A stretch of DNA of 63,841 bases, counting the filler, from Phoronis australis (Eukaryota; Animalia; Phoronida): the NCBI GenBank assembly GCA_002633005.1. It is 7 parts of 7 records of this genome, joined end to end, with 100 filler letters (N's around TTAATTAATTAA, not from the genome) between each part and the next. Parts side by side here need not be neighbours in the genome. Positions count along the whole stretch, not along the records: positions 60,264 to 63,841 come from NMRA01002948.1; 6 more parts are not named here. One strand, written 5' to 3'. Below are positions 62,850 through 63,841 of the stretch, in pieces; position 1 is the first letter of the stretch, and every line of letters starts with the position of its first letter. A program made the translations under genes and the position numbers. The notes below the pieces were generated by a model. The model had not been told where the DNA came from. It was given only the letters and a program-made list of their open reading frames with translations, and ran no database searches.

Positions 62850-63841
62850 GTAAGTCAATCATTAAAGTCAAAGTTTGTAAAACGTGGTTTAAGCTGCAGT
62901 CCCAAATCTTGATATGACACCAAGCAGGAGTCAGGTTGTGTATTACTTATCTTTTTGAAGTCTGTGGTTAGGTTTGTAATTAATGATGTGAGATAAAATA
63001 CTTCTATTTGTTCCATCAATACTTGGTAAAATTGCAAGTTTTAAATGTTTGGACTTATGACTTTGCTGGTAATACTCAACATTGCGTTAAATGTTTTGGC
63101 GACTCCTACACAGTTAAGATTGCAACGAGCAGTTAAGTATTTTGACATTATTGAAAAGTTTGCAAAATGAAAGTCCACATTTTGGCCATACTACGCCCAA
63201 GAATTTTTACCATAAATTGTGGATAACTTTTTGTTCCACAAAATTTTTGAATTTGTCCCAAATCTCTGGTTGTTTAAAATCTTAACAATGCACCGACTTC
63301 TCAATCGGACTTAGCTTCATTGTGTCTAGATAAAATTGAATGATTTAAAATTGGAATTGTTAGCATAGAAGGTTAAAGAAATACATAAGAAGTAACGTCA
63401 TTTTATGCACGTGTACTATTAAAGGAAGACCCCCAAAAGTCTTCCATTTTAGACTTGTCTCCTTTAATAAATGGACACATTTGCAAAATGGAATCTGGCC
63501 AGGGGATGATGAATCCACGTTTTGTCAGGGGGGGAACTAGTGCCATTATATGGAGTAGTGTCACAACAAATTTGCCCTTCAAACACCGAAAGCATACCCC
63601 GCAGTCACACCCATTTGATTTCAATCCTACCCAGTTCTCACAAATTAACCCATTTCTTTCAAGTCAACTATTGTCGGGGGAGAGGTTTCCCACCCCCAAA
63701 TACAGCTGAAACAAACATGGGATTCCCTTAGGGCTGTTCCAGCAAAATCTGTATGGGAGGGGGTGAAGGCAACTGAAATAAAAATTTATGGGTGGTTGCG
63801 TTTGATTTAAATTCAAAATGGCTGGTGGTCGTACTTCAAAA

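Overview
AT-rich, intron-containing eukaryotic DNA, probably from an invertebrate animal (inferred from the gene content). The window is not one locus. It is seven unrelated contigs joined by artificial 100-bp spacers (44 N + TTAATTAATTAA + 44 N): A 1-26335, B 26436-30103, C 30204-33516, D 33617-51436 (with a 606-N gap), E 51537-54991, F 55092-60163 and G 60264-63841. Gene fragments rebuilt by hand from splice sites and reading phase are: three exons of Rubicon (RUBCN, minus strand, A); an ankyrin-repeat exon (minus, B); about 12 exons of an unidentified coiled-coil protein with a CxxC-x6-CPH motif (minus, D); the last exon of ZCCHC8 (plus, E); and two exons of RNA Pol II subunit RPB9/POLR2I (plus, G). 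The rest is minisatellites and non-autonomous transposons. The standout is a complete 538-bp miniature LTR retrotransposon (TRIM) at 55399-55936. It has 152-bp TG...CA LTRs, a tRNA-Ser primer-binding site, a polypurine tract and a 4-bp TAGT target-site duplication. Each LTR carries a tRNA-like RNA polymerase III promoter (A and B boxes). All identifications come from reading the sequence and from remembered protein and RNA families; no searches were run.
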